Source of the DNA: an uncultured Nitrospinota bacterium
GTDB lineage: Bacteria > Tectomicrobia > Entotheonellia > J063 > CAVPRW01
Assembly: GCA_963707985.1 (NCBI GenBank)
Contig: CAVPRW010000027.1
Location: 32,001 to 96,000 of the forward strand
Reading direction: 5' to 3'
Length of the DNA: 64,000 nt
A program made the position numbers and the translations under genes. The notes under the pieces were generated by a model, which was not told the origin of the DNA, did not search any database, and saw nothing but the letters and a program-made list of their open reading frames with translations. Below are positions 52,731 through 64,000 of the stretch, piece by piece (positions within the stretch are counted from its first letter, which is position 1; each line of letters opens with the position of its first letter).

Positions 52731-53179
52731 ATGACCTGGTTCGTATTTTCCTATTCGCGGCCATCGAAAGTACAGTCTCGCCCTTGTGAGGCGCTTTAGC
52801 AGCGGTGGCGTCGCCTGGGCGCGAGCACGCTCACGGGGGGTATCTATGTCTTACCCGCCCGTGAGGAAGACTTGGAAGCGTTTCAATGGTTGCCACTTTC
52901 GGGCTTGAGGAGCCGAGCCTGTACCTTATGGGAGAAACCCTCCACGAAATGGATTTGCGCGATGGCCGCTACGTCCATCCGGAGACCGCCGTCATCGACG
53001 GCGTGCTAAAGGGCTGGCACCTGATGAGGTTCTCCGACCAGGATCTCGAAGCACGCGGTGTGGCCCTCTTCGAAAGGCTTTATGCCGCGTTTGCCCGAGG
53101 AGGGGGCCCCAAGCCATCAAGGATAAAGAAGGTAAGACGCCAAGGTTGTGGATGCTTCGTGTCCCCTCGGCCATCGTGA
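52731..53179 (+). pseudogene. chrB: Chromate resistance regulator ChrB remnant, internally deleted
   Basis: N-terminal MTWFVFSYS..WRRL..GIYVLP and C-terminal FGL..P.L..M...HE.DL.DG.Y..PE...ID..LKG....SDQ.LE..G..LFE.LY. Stop codons and frameshifts lie between the two parts. Confidence 0.7.
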
Positions 53180-53189
53180 GGTGGTCTCT

Positions 53190-55112
53190 ATGACTTATGC
53201 ATCAACACGGACAACACGACGTCAGTCAAGAGAAACGGCGACATGGCGCGCGCAGCTGGCGGCACTCCACTACGTACCCAAGTTCATCCAGCTCATGTGG
53301 CAGACCCATCGGGGCTACACCATGGCCATGGCGGTGCTCCGCCTGTGTCGCGGCTTTCTCCCACTGGCCACGCTCTGGGTTGGCAAGCTCATCATCGATG
53401 CTGTGGTGGACATGCGCCAGGCGCCATCGGACTTCGCCCAGTTGTGGCCGCTCGTGGCGCTCGAGATCGCCATCGTGGTCGTGGGGGAGATGCTGGCCAG
53501 GGCTTCGGTGCTGGTTGAGAGTCTCCTCGGCGAACGCTTCTCGACCTCGACGAGCCTGCGTGTGATGCAGCACGCGGCTACTCTTGATCTATATCATTTC
53601 GAAGACCCCACATTCTATGACCGGCTTGAACAGGCACGGCGGCAGACGAGCAACCGGATCGGACTGCTGGCGCAGCTCCTGACGATGGGGCAGGACGTGC
53701 TGACGCTGGTGTCGCTTGGTACGGCCCTCGTCGTCTATAACCCAGGGTTGCTCCTGATTCTGGCTGTCGCCGTCCTGCCCAGCTTCCTCGGCGAGATGCA
53801 CTTCGCGGCGCTGGAATATGCGCTCGTCTCCCGATGGACACCGGCGCGGCGGCAGCTCGACTATCTGCGCTACGCTGGTGCCAGCAACGAGACGATCAAG
53901 GAAGTCCAACTGTTTGGACTTGTGCCCTGGCTGATCGGACGATATCGTCGCCTCTCAGAGCGCCTCTACGAAGAGCATAAGCGGTTGTCGATCCATAAGG
54001 GCAGTCTTTCAACTGCACTGTCGATCCTGGGGACGCTGGGATACTACGCCGCCTATCTCATCATCCTTGCGCATGCTGTCCAGGGAATCATTACGCTCGG
54101 CTCCCTGACTTTTCTCGCCGCCTCGTTCGCTCGTTGCCGTGATCTCCTCCAGCATCTGCTGCTCGGTGCCAGCGGGATCAGCCAGCAGTGTCTGTACCTC
54201 AAAGACCTCTTCGATTTCTTCGAGACGAAGCCGACCATCAGCTCAGCCTCAGGCGCGCCAGAGGTGCCCAAGCCGATACGCCAGGGCTTCGTGTTCGAAG
54301 ACGTTGGGTTCCGCTACCCTGGTCGCGGTGACTGGGCAGTGCGGCATGTAAACTTTGATCTGCCTCCTGATGAGCGCATCGCCTTTGTGGGTGAGAACGG
54401 TGCAGGCAAGACAACGCTCATCAAGCTGCTGGCACGGCTGTACGATCCCACGGAAGGGCGCATTCTGCTCGATGGTGTCGATCTGCGCGATTACGACTTG
54501 GCGTCGGTGCGCCGAGCGGTTGGCGTCATTTTCCAGGACTTCGTCTGCTACGATTTCCGCTTCGACGAGAATATTGGCGTCGGAGAAATCGATGCGGTAC
54601 GATCGTATCTCGATCGGTCGGACCACGAGGAGCCCCCTGATAAGGCGAAGACGTGGGACACAGGGCCTCCCGGCAGTAATGTGGTTCCGGCATCCATCGT
54701 CGCGGCGGCCGAGAAATCCCTGGCCACCTCTCTTCTGCCCCGTTTCTCCCTGGGGTACCGGCAGATGCTCGGCCGTCGATTCGAGCGTGGCGTCGAGCTC
54801 TCGGGCGGGGAGTGGCAGAAGATCGCGCTTGCCCGCGCCTATATCCGCGACGCCCAAGTACTCATGCTGGACGAGCCCACAGCGTCGCTCGATGCGCGCG
54901 CCGAATACGAAGTGTTCCTCCGCTTTTCGCGCCTTGTGAGGGGGAAAATGGCGGTCATTATTTCTCATCGCTTCTCCACGGTGCGGATGGCCGACCGTAT
55001 CCTCGTTGTCAAGCATGGCACCGTGGTCGAAGACGGGACGCACGAGGCGCTGGTGGCGCAGGGCGGTCTCTATGCCACCCTTTTTGCGCTGCAGGCAGAG
55101 GGATATCGGTAA
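53190..55112 (+). CDS. ABC transporter, fused permease and ATP-binding domains
   Basis: TM domain, GENGAGKT, LSGGEWQKIALARA, LDEPT, ISHR. Confidence 0.93.
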   Translation: MTYASTRTTRRQSRETATWRAQLAALHYVPKFIQLMWQTHRGYTMAMAVLRLCRGFLPLATLWVGKLIIDAVVDMRQAPSDFAQLWPLVALEIAIVVVGEMLARASVLVESLLGERFSTSTSLRVMQHAATLDLYHFEDPTFYDRLEQARRQTSNRIGLLAQLLTMGQDVLTLVSLGTALVVYNPGLLLILAVAVLPSFLGEMHFAALEYALVSRWTPARRQLDYLRYAGASNETIKEVQLFGLVPWLIGRYRRLSERLYEEHKRLSIHKGSLSTALSILGTLGYYAAYLIILAHAVQGIITLGSLTFLAASFARCRDLLQHLLLGASGISQQCLYLKDLFDFFETKPTISSASGAPEVPKPIRQGFVFEDVGFRYPGRGDWAVRHVNFDLPPDERIAFVGENGAGKTTLIKLLARLYDPTEGRILLDGVDLRDYDLASVRRAVGVIFQDFVCYDFRFDENIGVGEIDAVRSYLDRSDHEEPPDKAKTWDTGPPGSNVVPASIVAAAEKSLATSLLPRFSLGYRQMLGRRFERGVELSGGEWQKIALARAYIRDAQVLMLDEPTASLDARAEYEVFLRFSRLVRGKMAVIISHRFSTVRMADRILVVKHGTVVEDGTHEALVAQGGLYATLFALQAEGYR

Positions 55113-55429
55113 GTAAAAGGTGCGACACGTCACAGGCTCGATCGGCTGAATGGGATACCAAGGCAAGTTCTTTTGCCGGATTCGTCGTGCAGGCGGATCG
55201 GCATGAAGGGGCAGTGCTGGCATCTGAGTGGGGCAATGCCAGATCCCAGCAAGTGCAAACCAGGAAGGGGACATTCGTGAGTCCCGCGGACGAAGGATTT
55301 CGACGACCTACTGGGGAAACGGGTGGTGATCACTGCCTGTGCTCACTGGTACCGAGATCGACCGCTCGGTGAGTGCACTCAGCCCTGGCCTATGGGATAA
55401 GCGATTGGCTTGACCACTGTGGTGAGGCT

Positions 55430-55667
55430 CCGGATGGTGCTCTATGCGATGCCAGACCTCCTCACGGGGGCACTGACCGTAGAAACGGTCTACGAACAGC
55501 AGTGCACGGTCATGCTGCTCTCGCACCAACTGTTGGCATTTCCCCAGGCTGGTCTCGTGGTAGTGCTGGACCGAGGCCGCATTCTCGAGCAGGGGACGCA
55601 TGCCGAGCTCAGCACAGGCAACGGGCTATACGCCCGCATCTACCGGCCCAGCGTCTGGCCAGCATAG
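55430..55667 (+). pseudogene. ABC transporter NBD C-terminal remnant
   Basis: LLSHQL...VVVLDRGRILEQGTHAEL....GLYARIY, without the upstream domains. Confidence 0.65.
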
Positions 55668-55821
55668 GATAGGGTGACGAAGGTGAACACCGACGCCTCT
55701 AGCGTCAGTCGAGGCCATCTCCCCCCTGCATGCTGCCGCCTCCGAGCTGGCCCACATGACCGGAAACGATGCATACGCACCCATCGGCGCGGATGGATGT
55801 CAGAGCCTTGGGCGGCGGAGC

Positions 55822-56058
55822 TTAGTCACTGTTGGCGCAGCCACAACCTGGCTGCACATTTCCCGGGGTCTGCAACTGTTGGCGAATCTTCTCAAGCGTA
55901 TCACCTTCTAAGTCGATCATAATCAGGGGTGGTTGCTCCAATTGTTCGGCTACATAGTCGGCATGCCGATCAAGGGCGCGATAGGGGGAGAGATCACTGG
56001 GGTCGAAGTCCTCAGGGAGATTCTCGTCGAGCCATTCTGGCGGGAAATGCAAGGCCAT
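55822..56058 (-). CDS. Small acidic hypothetical protein
   Basis: GGAGG RBS before ATG 56058. 78 aa with protein-like composition, ending GCGC. Confidence 0.5.
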   Translation of the reverse strand: MALHFPPEWLDENLPEDFDPSDLSPYRALDRHADYVAEQLEQPPLIMIDLEGDTLEKIRQQLQTPGNVQPGCGCANSD

Positions 56059-56264
56059 CGTTGTACCTCCATATGCCATGCTAAGATGCCCGTGCGCTGC
56101 CGCAACCCCCAGGTCTCGGGGACGATCGGCGGGGGGTCTCGGCTATTTAACATGTAACCTGCGATTGTACTAACAGCCGAGCAAAGAGTCCAGAACATCT
56201 GCTGTAAACGGTTCATTGCCCATGGTGACAGGGACTACAGGAGGCCATGGAGCGAAAAATCCTA

Positions 56265-56294
56265 TTGACACAACATTTGGCTCCATGCTAGAGT
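56265..56294 (+). promoter_or_regulatory. Putative sigma70 promoter upstream of the rho leader
   Basis: TTGACA-18 bp-TAGAGT with an extended TG. Confidence 0.45.
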
Positions 56295-56961
56295 GTCGAC
56301 GATTGAATTGAGTGTCTACTGAGGATTCCCCGTATTGTCTTGTCTTGTAACGTTCCCAACGTGATCACTCCTATGAGCTCTCAACGCATCGGGGTTGATG
56401 CGTGTGTGCTTCTCCCCCTGGCGAAAGGGTGATAATCTCCCTAGTATCCGCGTTTAACCGCATCAGCATTGTGACTTCGGCAGATGACAAACCGAGAGCT
56501 CCGCTCCTCTGTACCGCGCAACTTCCAGGTGGATGCTCTACCTGTTGGGTAATCCCATTCGACCGATGATGTCCCATGCTAGAATAGACCTGAGGGTTGG
56601 CGTGTACCGCTACCTCCGCATGCACTCCTACTCGCAATGCTGGCCACTATGCCTGCCACAATGGTTTTTGATCATCTGGAGATGGACACGCAATCACGCT
56701 CAAATGGACCAGGCCATGAGTGTATGGATCACAAGGCCGGGCGCGTTGAGGCGTCCTGGTAATCATCATGCTGACAACAGTGTATGTGACATGATTGACC
56801 CTGAATCCGTCGATGGTCGCAGTCTGCCAGATACCAGATAAGAGAGAGGCAGCGCGGTGCCCATGTGCCGGATGGAAGCGTTTTGTATGCTAGGTTAAGC
56901 GTTCCAACAGTGCTAAGTTGCCCTTATTTATTATGGACATTCGTGTAGTGAGGTACGAAGA

Positions 56962-58209
<1,248 letters not shown>

Positions 58210-58297
58210 GGACAGGACTGGGTGTTGAGGATTGGCTAGAATCGGCTCATCGCTCAGCATGCACGGTTCGTTACAGTCTCTTCGACAGGAGGGCATC

Positions 58298-58513
58298 ATG
58301 AAAGCGGAGATTCATCCTCAGTATGTCGATTGCACGATTACCTGCGCCTGCGGCGAGGTCGTCCAGACGCGTTCAACTCGGCCACAGATTCGTGTGGAGA
58401 TTTGTTCGAAGTGCCACCCCTTCTACACTGGTAAACAGAAACTCGTCGATACCGCCGGGCGAGTGGAGAAATTCCAGAAGAAATATGGCCTAGAGCCAAC
58501 CTCCCAGAACTAA
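58298..58513 (+). CDS. rpmE: 50S ribosomal protein L31 (zinc-binding type)
   Basis: [32 protein letters not shown]. Confidence 0.98.
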   Translation: MKAEIHPQYVDCTITCACGEVVQTRSTRPQIRVEICSKCHPFYTGKQKLVDTAGRVEKFQKKYGLEPTSQN

Positions 58514-58540
58514 TGTCGGCGGCAACACAGAGGGCTGACC

Positions 58541-59629
58541 ATGTGGGACAAATTAGACGCCCTGGAACGACGCTTTACTGAGCTGAATGAGCTCATGAGC
58601 CGCCCGGAAATCTTCAGTAAAGCAGCTGAATACCAGCGGTATGCGCGTGAGCGGTCGGAGCTTGCCAAGATCGTCGACGTGTACCGGCAGTTCACGCGTG
58701 TCATCCAGGAGAAAGATGGGGTGCAGCGCCTGTTGGAAGACGCCGGCGATGATGCTGAGATGAGCCAACTCGGCCAAGAAGAGCTGACACAATTAGCTGA
58801 GCAGGAGAATAAATTGACGTATGAATTGAAGACCCTCCTGCTACCCGCCGACGCCGACGACCAGAAAAACGTCATCCTGGAGATTCGTGCCGGTACAGGA
58901 GGAGAGGAAGCGGCCTTGTTCGCGGCTGATTTGTTCCGCATGTATGGCAAATACGCGGAGCGTCAGGGATGGCATGTAGAGCTCTTAGAGAGCCATGCAA
59001 CGGGCATCGGTGGGTTCAAGGAAATCATCGCCTCCATCGAAGGCCGTGGGGTATACAGTAGACTTAAGTATGAGAGTGGCACGCATCGCGTCCAACGCGT
59101 GCCGGTCACCGAGTCGCAAGGGCGCATCCATACCTCGGCGGTAACGGTGGCGATCCTGCCCGAAGCCGAAGAGGTCGAAGTCGACATTAACCCCGAGGAG
59201 CTGCGCATCGATGTATTCCGCTCCTCTGGCCCTGGAGGGCAAAGCGTCAATACCACCGATTCAGCTGTGCGGGTGACACACTTGCCCACAGGGATCGTGA
59301 TTAGTTGCCAGGATGAGAAGTCACAACATAAGAACCGCGCCAAGGCCCTGCGCGTTTTGCGCGCCCGCTTGCTGGATATCGCTAAACACGAACAGCAGGA
59401 GAAAATCTCTCGTGAACGGCGGTCCCAAATTGGCACCGGCGACCGCAGCGAGCGGATTCGCACGTACAATTTTCCCCAGGGACGTGTCACCGATCATCGG
59501 ATTAACCTGACGCTCTATAAACTTGGATCGGTGCTCGAGGGGGAGCTTGACGAAGTGCTTGAGGCCCTCCAGCAAGCAGACCAGACCGAGCGGCTCAAAG
59601 ACTTCGACAAGAGCGAAGTGCGCATATGA
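58541..59629 (+). CDS. prfA: Peptide chain release factor 1
   Basis: GTGGEEA, PVT motif, [14 protein letters not shown]. Confidence 0.99.
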   Translation: MWDKLDALERRFTELNELMSRPEIFSKAAEYQRYARERSELAKIVDVYRQFTRVIQEKDGVQRLLEDAGDDAEMSQLGQEELTQLAEQENKLTYELKTLLLPADADDQKNVILEIRAGTGGEEAALFAADLFRMYGKYAERQGWHVELLESHATGIGGFKEIIASIEGRGVYSRLKYESGTHRVQRVPVTESQGRIHTSAVTVAILPEAEEVEVDINPEELRIDVFRSSGPGGQSVNTTDSAVRVTHLPTGIVISCQDEKSQHKNRAKALRVLRARLLDIAKHEQQEKISRERRSQIGTGDRSERIRTYNFPQGRVTDHRINLTLYKLGSVLEGELDEVLEALQQADQTERLKDFDKSEVRI

Positions 59630-60570
59630 CCGTCACATGCGCTAAGTCATTGCGCTGGGGGAAAACCTATCTCCAGACCTGCGGCATTGAGACAGCGCGG
59701 CTGGACGCCGAAGTCTTGCTGATGCACTGCTTGAGATGGGAGCGAACGGCGCTGTATTGCAAACACGACTATCAGTTGACGCCTGATGAGGAGATACGCT
59801 TCCACGACTTGGTGAGGCGCCGTGGCGCGCACGAGCCGATCGCCTACCTGACCGGCACGCGCGAGTTTTGGTCGCTGCCTCTTGTCGTGCGACCTGGAGT
59901 GTTGATTCCGCGTCCTGATACTGAATGGGTGGTTGAGACGGCCCTGCGATATGTACCACAGTTGCTACACCCGCACTCGCACTACCATGTCCTCGATATT
60001 GGCACGGGAAGTGGGAACATCGCTATCGCTGTGGCGACGAGCCTGCCTTCGGTAGACGTAACAGCCATCGACAGTTCCCTAGAAGCCCTGGCCGTGGCCC
60101 GGCTCAACGCCCAGTCCTGCCATGTGGCCGAGCGTATACATTTTGTTTGTGGTGATCTCTTTAGCCCGTTTCATCCCGGCCACATGCGCGTCGATCTGCT
60201 CCTCTCCAATCCGCCTTACATTGCTGCCGAGGAGTGGCATGCTTTGCCGAGTACAGTTCGCTGTTATGAGCCGCGTCAGGCTCTCGATGGTGGCAGCGAT
60301 GGTCTGCTATTTTATCGCCGTTTATTTGCCGAAGGAGCGCCCTATATAGCAGAGCATGGCATCGCAATCATCGAAGTGGGGCATCGCCAGGCGGGCCATG
60401 TGTCGCGCCTGGCGATGCAGTCGCAGCAGTGGGAGTTGATCGAAGTTATCAAGGACTACGCCGGCATTGAACGTGTGGTGGTGGCGCGGCACAGGCGAAG
60501 GGGGAGTGGCTCGGCATGGATTGCATCGAAATCGAAGGTAGGGTCCAACTGCACGGCCATGTACGCGTAA
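59626..60570 (+). CDS. prmC: Release factor glutamine methyltransferase
   Basis: [25 protein letters not shown]. Follows prfA. Confidence 0.97.
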   Translation: MTVTCAKSLRWGKTYLQTCGIETARLDAEVLLMHCLRWERTALYCKHDYQLTPDEEIRFHDLVRRRGAHEPIAYLTGTREFWSLPLVVRPGVLIPRPDTEWVVETALRYVPQLLHPHSHYHVLDIGTGSGNIAIAVATSLPSVDVTAIDSSLEALAVARLNAQSCHVAERIHFVCGDLFSPFHPGHMRVDLLLSNPPYIAAEEWHALPSTVRCYEPRQALDGGSDGLLFYRRLFAEGAPYIAEHGIAIIEVGHRQAGHVSRLAMQSQQWELIEVIKDYAGIERVVVARHRRRGSGSAWIASKSKVGSNCTAMYA

Positions 60571-61778
60571 GCGGGGCGAAGAATGCCGTCCTCCCGGTTA
60601 TGGCAAGCCTGTTACTCACAACCGGGGCGACACGCCTGCGCAATGTCCCACGCGTGCGAGACGTCGTGACCTTTGGGCAGGTTCTGCAGGCTCTTGGTGC
60701 CAAAATCAGCTTTGATGGGTCTGAACTGATCATCGACACGACCTCCATCAACCGCTTTGAAGCCCCCTATGATCTGGTCAAAACCATGCGTGCCTCCTTT
60801 CTGGTCCTGGGACCGTTGCTGGCGCGTTATGGGCAAGCGCGTGTGTCGTTGCCGGGAGGGTGCGCCATCGGCGCCAGACCCGTCAATCTTCACCTGAAGG
60901 GCTTGCAGGCGCTCGGCGCTCACTTAGAATTGGCGCAGGGGTATGTGCAGGCATACGCTGATCAGCTGCAGGGGGCCACGATTACGTTACCGACTCCGAC
61001 GGTCACCGGTACCGAAAATATCATGATGGCTGCCGTGTTAGCCAAAGGCACGACGATCATCGATAACGCCGCCTGCGAGCCGGAAGTGGTCGATCTCGCC
61101 GAAGCCTTGACCCAGATGGGGGCCCGAGTCAAGGGCATGGGTAGTTCACGCCTCATCATTGAAGGGGTGCCGTGGTTGGAACCCATTACGCACGACATCA
61201 TCCCCGATCGCATTGAGGGGGGAACGTTCCTGGTCGCCGGTGCCATAACCGGCGGCGATGTCACCATCGATTACTGTCGTCCTGCACACTTGGAGGCGCT
61301 GCTCGTCCAGTTGCGTGCCACCGGCGCCATTGTCGAGGTGGGAGATGATTGGGTCCGTGTCCTCGGCCGCGAGCGTACCAGTCCGATCGATCTTGCCACG
61401 GCACCCTATCCAGGCTTTCCCACCGACATGCAAGCCCAGATGATGTCCTTTCTGACCCGGGCTAACGGGCGCTCGGTCATCTCTGAAACGGTGTTTGAAA
61501 ACCGTTATATGCACGCTGCCGAGTTGAGCCGCATGGGCGCCGAAATTCACCTTAATGGGGCGGATGCCATTGTCGTGGGCGTACCCCAATTACACGGAGC
61601 CCCAGTGATGGCCACCGACCTGCGCGCCAGTGCCAGCTTGATTCTGGCCGGACTTGCCGCGCAAGGCATTACCACCGTGTCGCGGGTGTATCATCTGGAC
61701 CGCGGCTATGAACAGATCGAAACCAAGCTTGCTGCACTCGGTGCGAAGATTCGGAGACTGCCGTGCAACCAGGATTGA
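60516..61778 (+). CDS. murA: UDP-N-acetylglucosamine 1-carboxyvinyltransferase
   Basis: SGAKNA, LPGGCAIGARP (catalytic Cys), PGFPTDMQ, DLRA. Confidence 0.99.
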   Translation: MDCIEIEGRVQLHGHVRVSGAKNAVLPVMASLLLTTGATRLRNVPRVRDVVTFGQVLQALGAKISFDGSELIIDTTSINRFEAPYDLVKTMRASFLVLGPLLARYGQARVSLPGGCAIGARPVNLHLKGLQALGAHLELAQGYVQAYADQLQGATITLPTPTVTGTENIMMAAVLAKGTTIIDNAACEPEVVDLAEALTQMGARVKGMGSSRLIIEGVPWLEPITHDIIPDRIEGGTFLVAGAITGGDVTIDYCRPAHLEALLVQLRATGAIVEVGDDWVRVLGRERTSPIDLATAPYPGFPTDMQAQMMSFLTRANGRSVISETVFENRYMHAAELSRMGAEIHLNGADAIVVGVPQLHGAPVMATDLRASASLILAGLAAQGITTVSRVYHLDRGYEQIETKLAALGAKIRRLPCNQD

Positions 61779-62398
61779 CCATTGCACTTCCCAAAGGACG
61801 ATTGTTCCCAGAGTCTGTGACGCTGCTCGAGAAAATTCACTGCAGTGCGGAAGGTCTGGGCGAAGGACGGCGCCTCATCTTCGATGACGCCGAGCAATAC
61901 ACACGGTTTTTGATCTTGCGACCTGTTGACATTCCTACGTATGTCGAGTACGGTGCTGCGGATGTAGGGATCGTCGGCAAGGATGTAATCGATGAAGGGG
62001 GGCATGACGTCTATGAACCCCTGGACCTCAAATTTGGTCGTTGCCGCTTAGTGGTAGCCCAGCCAGGCAGTGTGCCGCTGGAGCAGTCGCTGACAGACTG
62101 GTCCTATATCCGTGTCGCTACCAAATACCCGCGCATCACCGAGCGCTACTACAATGGCAAAGGGGTGCCCGTGGAGATTATCCGGTTATCAGGATCAATT
62201 GAGCTCGCTCCCCTCGTTGGGTTGTGCGACCGCATTGTGGATTTGGTCGAAACCGGACGGACGATGGCAGAAAATGGTCTCGTCGTGGTCGGCGAAGTCA
62301 TGCGGGTATCGGCCCGTCTCATCGTCAATCGTGCGAGCCAGAAAACGAAATACGAGCAGGTCACCGGTCTTATTAGCCGCTTGAAGCAGGTGATCTGA
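61763..62398 (+). CDS. hisG: ATP phosphoribosyltransferase, short form
   Basis: IALPKGRL, VATKYP, GSIELAP, IVDLVETGRT. 211 aa, the HisZ-dependent short type. Confidence 0.97.
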   Translation: MQPGLTIALPKGRLFPESVTLLEKIHCSAEGLGEGRRLIFDDAEQYTRFLILRPVDIPTYVEYGAADVGIVGKDVIDEGGHDVYEPLDLKFGRCRLVVAQPGSVPLEQSLTDWSYIRVATKYPRITERYYNGKGVPVEIIRLSGSIELAPLVGLCDRIVDLVETGRTMAENGLVVVGEVMRVSARLIVNRASQKTKYEQVTGLISRLKQVI

Positions 62399-62481
62399 AA
62401 GCGTCTGCCGTTGACGTCGGGCATGATCAAAGAGTTTCCCCTCTCCGCTTGCCTGGACCTGGAAGGGCCGGATAGCCTTAT

Positions 62482-63786
62482 ATGTTACCTCTTCTGACGA
62501 CCACTGACGTTGATTTTCCCTCACGGTTCCAGCACTTGCTCAACCGTAGTGATGAGGCTGAGTCAGCGGTCGAATCCCAGGTACGCGCCATCCTCACGCG
62601 TGTACGACGTGACGGGGATCGGGCGGTGCTGGATTTGACGTCCCAATACGATGGCATTATCCTTACCCCTGATACAATCTGCGTGTCGACATCCGAGATC
62701 GCGACGGCCTACGAGCAATGCTCTCCTGGGGCGCTTGCCGCGTTGCGGAGCGCTGCCGAGAACATCCGGCGCTTTCACAGTCACCAGCAGCGACACTCCT
62801 GGATGCTGGACCTCGACGATGGCAGTCGCTTGGGCTTGCGCATTACCCCATTGCAACGCGTCGGCATGTACGTGCCGGGCGGCAAGGCGGTATATCCGTC
62901 GACGGTGTTGATGTGCGGCATCCCTGCCCAGGTCGCGGGCGTACCTGAGCTCATCGTCTGTACACCGGCGCCAGGCGGTGTAATCAACCCGCTTATCGTC
63001 GTCGCGGCGGACCTGGTCGGAACACAGGCGATCTATAAGGTCGGGGGCGCGCAGGCGGTCGCGGCCATGGCCTTTGGCACTGCGACCATCCCCAAGGTGG
63101 ATAAGATTGTCGGCCCCGGTAACCAGTATGTGGCGACGGCGAAGCGCCTGGTGTTCGGCGAGGTGGGAATCGATCTGATCGCCGGTCCTACAGAGCTGGT
63201 GATCGTTGCCGATGATTCTGCTAACCCGCAGTTTCTTGCTGCCGACTTGCTGTCCGAGGCAGAGCATACGGGTGCCGAGAGCGTCGTTTGCATCACGCCA
63301 TCATTCAGACTCGTGGAGGCGGTGCAACAGGCGGTATCTGACCAACTTACCAACCTCCCACGACAGGAAGAAGCGTCGCGATCGTTGCGCGGGTGTAGTG
63401 CGCTGATCCATACACAAGATCTCCAGGAAGCTCTGACGCTGGCCAATGCCATCGGCCCTGAGCATCTCGAGCTGATGGTCGAGGAGGCCGAGCGCTGGTT
63501 AGAGCAGGTCACCTGCGCCGGGGCGATTTTCCTCGGACATTACTCCCCGGCGGCGATTGGCGACTATTATGCTGGACCGAATCACGTATTGCCGACCGGG
63601 GGTACGGCGCGCTTTTCCTCGCCGCTTAACGTCGATGACTTTGTGAAGAAATCCAGTGTGATTCGCTATACGGCAGAGCGCTTGCGCAACGATACTCCGA
63701 CCGCCAGCACGCTGGCTCGGCTAGAAGGGTATGAGGGGCATGCACGCGCCATGACGATCCGGGCCCAGTCTGAGCCGAGAGGATGA
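62482..63786 (+). CDS. hisD: Histidinol dehydrogenase
   Basis: YVPGGKA.YPS, GGAQA, GPGN, PEHLEL, GDYYAGPNHVLPT. Confidence 0.98.
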   Translation: MLPLLTTTDVDFPSRFQHLLNRSDEAESAVESQVRAILTRVRRDGDRAVLDLTSQYDGIILTPDTICVSTSEIATAYEQCSPGALAALRSAAENIRRFHSHQQRHSWMLDLDDGSRLGLRITPLQRVGMYVPGGKAVYPSTVLMCGIPAQVAGVPELIVCTPAPGGVINPLIVVAADLVGTQAIYKVGGAQAVAAMAFGTATIPKVDKIVGPGNQYVATAKRLVFGEVGIDLIAGPTELVIVADDSANPQFLAADLLSEAEHTGAESVVCITPSFRLVEAVQQAVSDQLTNLPRQEEASRSLRGCSALIHTQDLQEALTLANAIGPEHLELMVEEAERWLEQVTCAGAIFLGHYSPAAIGDYYAGPNHVLPTGGTARFSSPLNVDDFVKKSSVIRYTAERLRNDTPTASTLARLEGYEGHARAMTIRAQSEPRG

Positions 63787-63787
63787 T

Positions 63788-64000
63788 ATGAACCCACCCC
63801 GACACCATCTGATCAAGCCGGCGGTGGCGCAGTTGCAGGCTTATGATCCGCACAAACGTCCAGGACAGGTGAAGCTCGACGCCAATGAGCATCCATTCGA
63901 GTTGCCTCCAGCGGTGCGGGAAGCCGTGTTGCAGGCACTGGCGGCGGTATCCATCAATCGCTATCCCGACCCCGAGGCTGCTGGCCTGCGGCACGCCCTG
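63788..64000 (+). CDS. hisC: Histidinol-phosphate aminotransferase, 3'-partial
   Basis: VKLDANEHP and INRYPDP motifs directly after hisD. Confidence 0.92.
   Translation, partial: MNPPRHHLIKPAVAQLQAYDPHKRPGQVKLDANEHPFELPPAVREAVLQALAAVSINRYPDPEAAGLRHAL

Noticed and set aside
62563..63267. Long antisense or alternate-frame ORFs (also 54249-55274, 4848-5726, 45855-46709, 29038-30328)
   Set aside because: Shadow ORFs of well-supported genes, expected in high-GC DNA, with no recognisable motifs.

Overview
GC-rich bacterial chromosomal window. The gene style (wHTH-cyclase-AAA-TPR paralogs, LLM, amidohydrolase and ADH expansions, Uma2) suggests Tectomicrobia/Entotheonella-like bacteria; this is inference only. 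The right end is a conserved core block: rho-rpmE-prfA-prmC-murA-hisG-hisD-hisC. The rest is accessory DNA: a DUF4258/DUF2283 TA-like pair, secreted Ig/FN3/beta-helix proteins, a rhodanese plus hybrid histidine kinase, a PLD plus short-chain chromate transporter operon, an ECF sigma/anti-sigma/TIGR03118 locus, an M64 peptidase-lectin fusion, and IS3, IS1 and IS701 remnants. The most striking element is a ~7.4 kb island (about 27.0-34.4 kb) next to the 3' end of a tRNA-Arg(UCG) and a decayed integrase. It encodes a TIR-(amyloid-like motif)-TM-beta-sandwich membrane protein, translationally coupled to a secreted beta-sandwich protein carrying 12 near-identical 150-bp TPR repeats that vary at a few fixed codons. 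Two further stand-alone TIR genes follow. This is a candidate trans-membrane, Toll-like immune signalling system. About 15 single-base frameshifts interrupt otherwise intact genes and may be long-read sequencing errors.
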